The notes beneath the pieces were generated by a model that worked only from the letters and a program-made list of their open reading frames with translations, was not told where the DNA came from and did not search any database. A DNA stretch of 64,000 bases from Candidatus Daviesbacteria bacterium. GTDB lineage: Bacteria > Patescibacteriota > Microgenomatia > Daviesbacterales > UBA10151. The DNA lies in the NCBI GenBank assembly GCA_016187025.1, contig JACPKM010000001.1, positions 320,055 to 384,054 of the forward strand, in the 5' to 3' direction. Positions 61,116 through 64,000 of the stretch are shown here, piece after piece; position 1 is the stretch's first letter, and each line of letters starts with the position of its first letter. A program made the position numbers and the translations under genes.

Positions 61116-61727
61116 TTACCTTGATGGAGCTGAACAGACAAATTGGTTGTGAATGTAGATCATTCCCCCTAATGCTTTAATTATTTCCCTTTTTTCAGGT
61201 AATAATCCGTAATAGAGGACGTGTTTAGCGTATTCCCGAATATCAAACTCGGTCTTGTCAGGATCAATATTTTGCTGAAGCAGTATCTGCTCCCGCATCT
61301 TTTTATATTGCTCCATGTCTAATTTAATCTTCTCTGTATATTTAATCATCTGAGGATGAGCCATGCTGGTAAAGTTCAGTATTTGACTAATTCCTTAATG
61401 AGTTTTTCCTCAGTTATGTATGGTTCCTGGCAATTAGGATCTCTAGTTTTAGTGCAGTTATAGTAAATATGGTATCTGGGATCTCTGAGTTTTCTTTTCC
61501 TATATCTATCCTGAGCAGTAAAACTGGTACCGCAGCTGCCGCAGATTAGTAAATCCTTATATACCAAGTTCCGCTATTAACCGGATATTCAAATTCTCTA
61601 TATAAATCAGACTGAGGCCTACCTTTTTACCTGATCTGGTAGTAAAGCCTATTTCGTCAAACCATTTTTGTATTGTTCTGCCACTATCATCATTTTCCGC
61701 AACTCTTCTAAACATCTCCGTTATAGT
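61116..61727 (-). pseudogene. Large serine recombinase remnant (recombinase and zinc-ribbon domains)
   Basis: Fragments in three frames: ITEMFRRVAEN..SGRTI..W....GFTTRSGK.V.LSLIY | EFEYP..SGTWY | YKDLLICGSCG...YYNC....C.EPYI.E..L. Confidence 0.8.
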
Positions 61728-61810
61728 GTCTCATTTGTCTCATTTAGGCTCAGTGTGAGACAATATAGTACAAGTGGATATAAGGATCAAACGGGCCCTG
61801 ACCGGTACGC

Positions 61811-61888
61811 TCGGCTTTACTTATGAGTGCATCCTCGATTATTGTTGTCTTTAATGCTTTGTTGCTAAGACGAGCAAAATTAGATTGA
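61811..61888 (+). pseudogene. C-terminal remnant of a P1B heavy-metal ATPase (CopA-like)
   Basis: SALLMSASSIIVVFNALLLRRAKLD* matches the last TM (M..SS..V..NAL.L); no start codon upstream; precedes the YHS gene. Confidence 0.75.
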
Positions 61889-61909
61889 GTGATGAAAGGA
61901 GGTAAATTT

Positions 61910-62152
61910 ATGTTTGGATTTTTACAAGGTGTTACAGACCCTATTTGTAAATTGAAGGTAATCAAAAATAAAGCTAAGTATTCTTCGGAATACAAAGGTG
62001 AAAAGTATTTAGATCCGAAGGATCGCAAACTTGTTTATTTTTGTTCTGAAAACTGTAAGAAAAGTTTTGATGAAGAACCAGGAAAACACATTGCTGAAGG
62101 AAATACTTCCACAAAAATCTGCTGCCAGCAGAATACAAAGTCTTGCTGTTAA
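61910..62152 (+). CDS. YHS (TRASH-like) domain metal-binding protein with in-frame palindromic insertion
   Basis: DPIC..KV....YKGEKY[LDPKDRKLV]YFCS..C...F..EP; C-terminal CC..CC; SD AGGAGG. Confidence 0.85.
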   Translation: MFGFLQGVTDPICKLKVIKNKAKYSSEYKGEKYLDPKDRKLVYFCSENCKKSFDEEPGKHIAEGNTSTKICCQQNTKSCC

Positions 62153-63552
62153 ACACAACAACTCAATTTAGAAATATCCTTAGTAAAGGACAAGGCGGCA
62201 ATTTTAATAGCTTCTGAAAGTGTGGGAAACATCGGTAAGGAGGAAACTACATCATCAACAGTATTTTTATTTTTAACTAACCACATCGCCTGAGCAATCA
62301 GGTCACCTGCATTAGGAGCCAGGATATGCACCCCAAGAATTATTTTTGTCTGGGGATGAATAACCATTTTAATTAATCCCTCTGTCCTGCCAGTAATATG
62401 AGCCTTGGGAACATCAGCAAAAGAAATAGTACGGCATAAACAACTGCCTATTTGCTTAACCTCTTGTTCTTCTGCAAATCCAACACCTGCCAGTTGCGGG
62501 TCTGTAAAGATAGTCCAAGGTACACAGTGATAATCAATACTGTTTTGTGTATTCTTTAGGGCATTTTCTGCCGCTAAGGTACCTTCTTTACCTGCTGTTG
62601 GTTCTTGTCTAATTGGTAAATTTATTACATCACCCACTGCATAAATATGAGGTTGTGATGTTTGAAATTGAGCGCTTACCTTTATAGCTTGTTTCTCATC
62701 CACCTCAACATCTGCTTTATCAAGAGCTAATCTTTCGGTATTGGGAGTTTTACCTGTTGCGAGTAATATTTCATCCGCTTGAACCTGCTCCTGTTTACCG
62801 TCAACTATGTAAGTAAGTATCTTTTTATCTCCTTCTCTACTGGCAGACTGCACTTGTACGTCGGTTCTAATAATTATTCCTTCATTGGTAAGAATTTCTG
62901 CTAATTTATCAGTTAGTTCTCTTTCTGCCGGAGGAAATATAGAATCGCTTCTTTGTAGAATTGTTACTTTAGTGCCGAATCTTGAGTACATTTGTGCAAA
63001 CTCTAAACCTAATGGTCCTGCACCAACTACAATTAATTCCCCAGGTTGCTTTTTAATCTGCAGGGCCTTAATGTGAGTTAAATATCCTACTTCTTTAATT
63101 CCCTCTATCAGGGGTACTGTAGCTGTTGAACCTGCTGCAATGATAAATTTCTTCCCTTGGTAAGATTGACCATTAACTTCCACTTCGTTTGGAGACAGGA
63201 AACTTGCCTTACCTTCGATATGGGTGACATGCTCTAAAGACTCAAGTACCTTTTCGTACTTTTCTGTGCGTAACTTATCAACAAGATCAAGCTCGTGTTG
63301 TAAAACTGTTGCAAAATCAAAGTTTTTAACCTCTATATCAATTCCTGGAATATTGTGGTTTTTAGCCAGGTGCATGATTTCTCCCGCCCATAGAAGCGTT
63401 TTAGAGGGAACACAACCAACATTAACACAGGTACCACCAAGCGGCAGTCCCTTATTGACCATTAAGGTTTTAGCACCAAGCTCGTTGGTTTTAATAGCTG
63501 CTGAAAATGCTCCTGCTCCACCACCAATAACAATTAAGTCGTATTGTTCCAT
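62149..63552 (-). CDS. merA: Mercuric reductase (core only, no NmerA domain)
   Basis: GGGAG FAD site, GGTCVNVGCVPSK, FPTLSEA.K..A.SF..D...LSCC C-terminal Cys pair. Confidence 0.9.
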   Translation of the reverse strand: MEQYDLIVIGGGAGAFSAAIKTNELGAKTLMVNKGLPLGGTCVNVGCVPSKTLLWAGEIMHLAKNHNIPGIDIEVKNFDFATVLQHELDLVDKLRTEKYEKVLESLEHVTHIEGKASFLSPNEVEVNGQSYQGKKFIIAAGSTATVPLIEGIKEVGYLTHIKALQIKKQPGELIVVGAGPLGLEFAQMYSRFGTKVTILQRSDSIFPPAERELTDKLAEILTNEGIIIRTDVQVQSASREGDKKILTYIVDGKQEQVQADEILLATGKTPNTERLALDKADVEVDEKQAIKVSAQFQTSQPHIYAVGDVINLPIRQEPTAGKEGTLAAENALKNTQNSIDYHCVPWTIFTDPQLAGVGFAEEQEVKQIGSCLCRTISFADVPKAHITGRTEGLIKMVIHPQTKIILGVHILAPNAGDLIAQAMWLVKNKNTVDDVVSSLPMFPTLSEAIKIAALSFTKDISKLSCCV

Positions 63553-63554
63553 GT

Positions 63555-63860
63555 TTATGTAATAAAGTTCCTTAAAGTTTTAGTAAAATCATTAGCTGTT
63601 AGAGAGTAGTAAACTGTTTGTGCTTCTTTTCTTCTCCGTACCAAATTTAGATCTAAAAGCCTCTTAACGCTATGGGAAACAACAGATACAGAAGTATCCA
63701 AAATTTCTGCCATTTCACCAACGCTAACTTCTGGATAATGACAGAGGAGGTAACAAATTTTTAATCTTGTTGCATCACCTACAACCCCAAGCTGTTGTGC
63801 GCAAGATATAAGCTCTTTCTTATTTTTCAACTCTCTTTTGATCTGGCTATACTTATTCAT
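63555..63860 (-). CDS. ArsR/SmtB family transcriptional regulator
   Basis: GD.TRLKI..LL, SV.E.A..L..S.S.VSH..L....LV.RR.E..TVYYSL; start at ATG 63860. Confidence 0.9.
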   Translation of the reverse strand: MNKYSQIKRELKNKKELISCAQQLGVVGDATRLKICYLLCHYPEVSVGEMAEILDTSVSVVSHSVKRLLDLNLVRRRKEAQTVYYSLTANDFTKTLRNFIT

Positions 63861-63865
63861 AATAC

Positions 63866-63881
63866 TTGAACAGTTGTTCAA
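63866..63881 (-). promoter_or_regulatory. Inverted-repeat operator (probable ArsR box) between promoter and start codon
   Basis: TTGAACA-GT-TGTTCAA; minus-strand TTGACA...TACTAT promoter immediately upstream. Confidence 0.75.
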
Positions 63882-64000
63882 ATAGTACAGCTTATACAAC
63901 TTCGTTGTCAAGTAGAAAAATCTGCATATATACCGTCAAAACAAGGAAGATAATACCTACGCGTGGGTACAAAATGTGTAAGCGCGCTTACACATTTTTA

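Overview
Window of a low-GC Patescibacteria (CPR) chromosome, probably Microgenomates. This is inferred from the missing rpmD/L30 between rpsE and rplO, secD and secF split by two genes, GT-C glycosyltransferase clusters and CPR-type palindromic repeats. 1-7.9 kb holds the end of the spc/alpha ribosomal operon plus rplM-rpsI. 8-45 kb is mostly housekeeping: a phosphohexomutase, D-2-hydroxyacid dehydrogenase, tRNA-Pro, recA-recX-rny, HU, a broken large surface adhesin, ABC-2 exporter genes, GT-C transferases, miaA, RNase P RNA, secD/secF, a CCA-adding enzyme and recJ. The best candidate for an undescribed system is the minus-strand operon at 45.6-51.4 kb: circularly permuted ATP-grasp ligase, SAM methyltransferase, M20 peptidase, P-loop NTPase and a second M20 peptidase. 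It is preceded by an unannotated 35-codon hydrophobic leader peptide with a terminator/antiterminator attenuator. A second candidate is an unannotated structured ncRNA of about 165 nt with its own promoter and terminator, divergent from rnpB. After aspS, a DD-carboxypeptidase gene, gltX and tRNA-Gln comes a decaying metal/ion-resistance island: SPFH, a broken P-type ATPase, a serine recombinase pseudogene, a P1B-ATPase tail, YHS, merA and ArsR. All family calls come from motifs read by eye; no searches were run.
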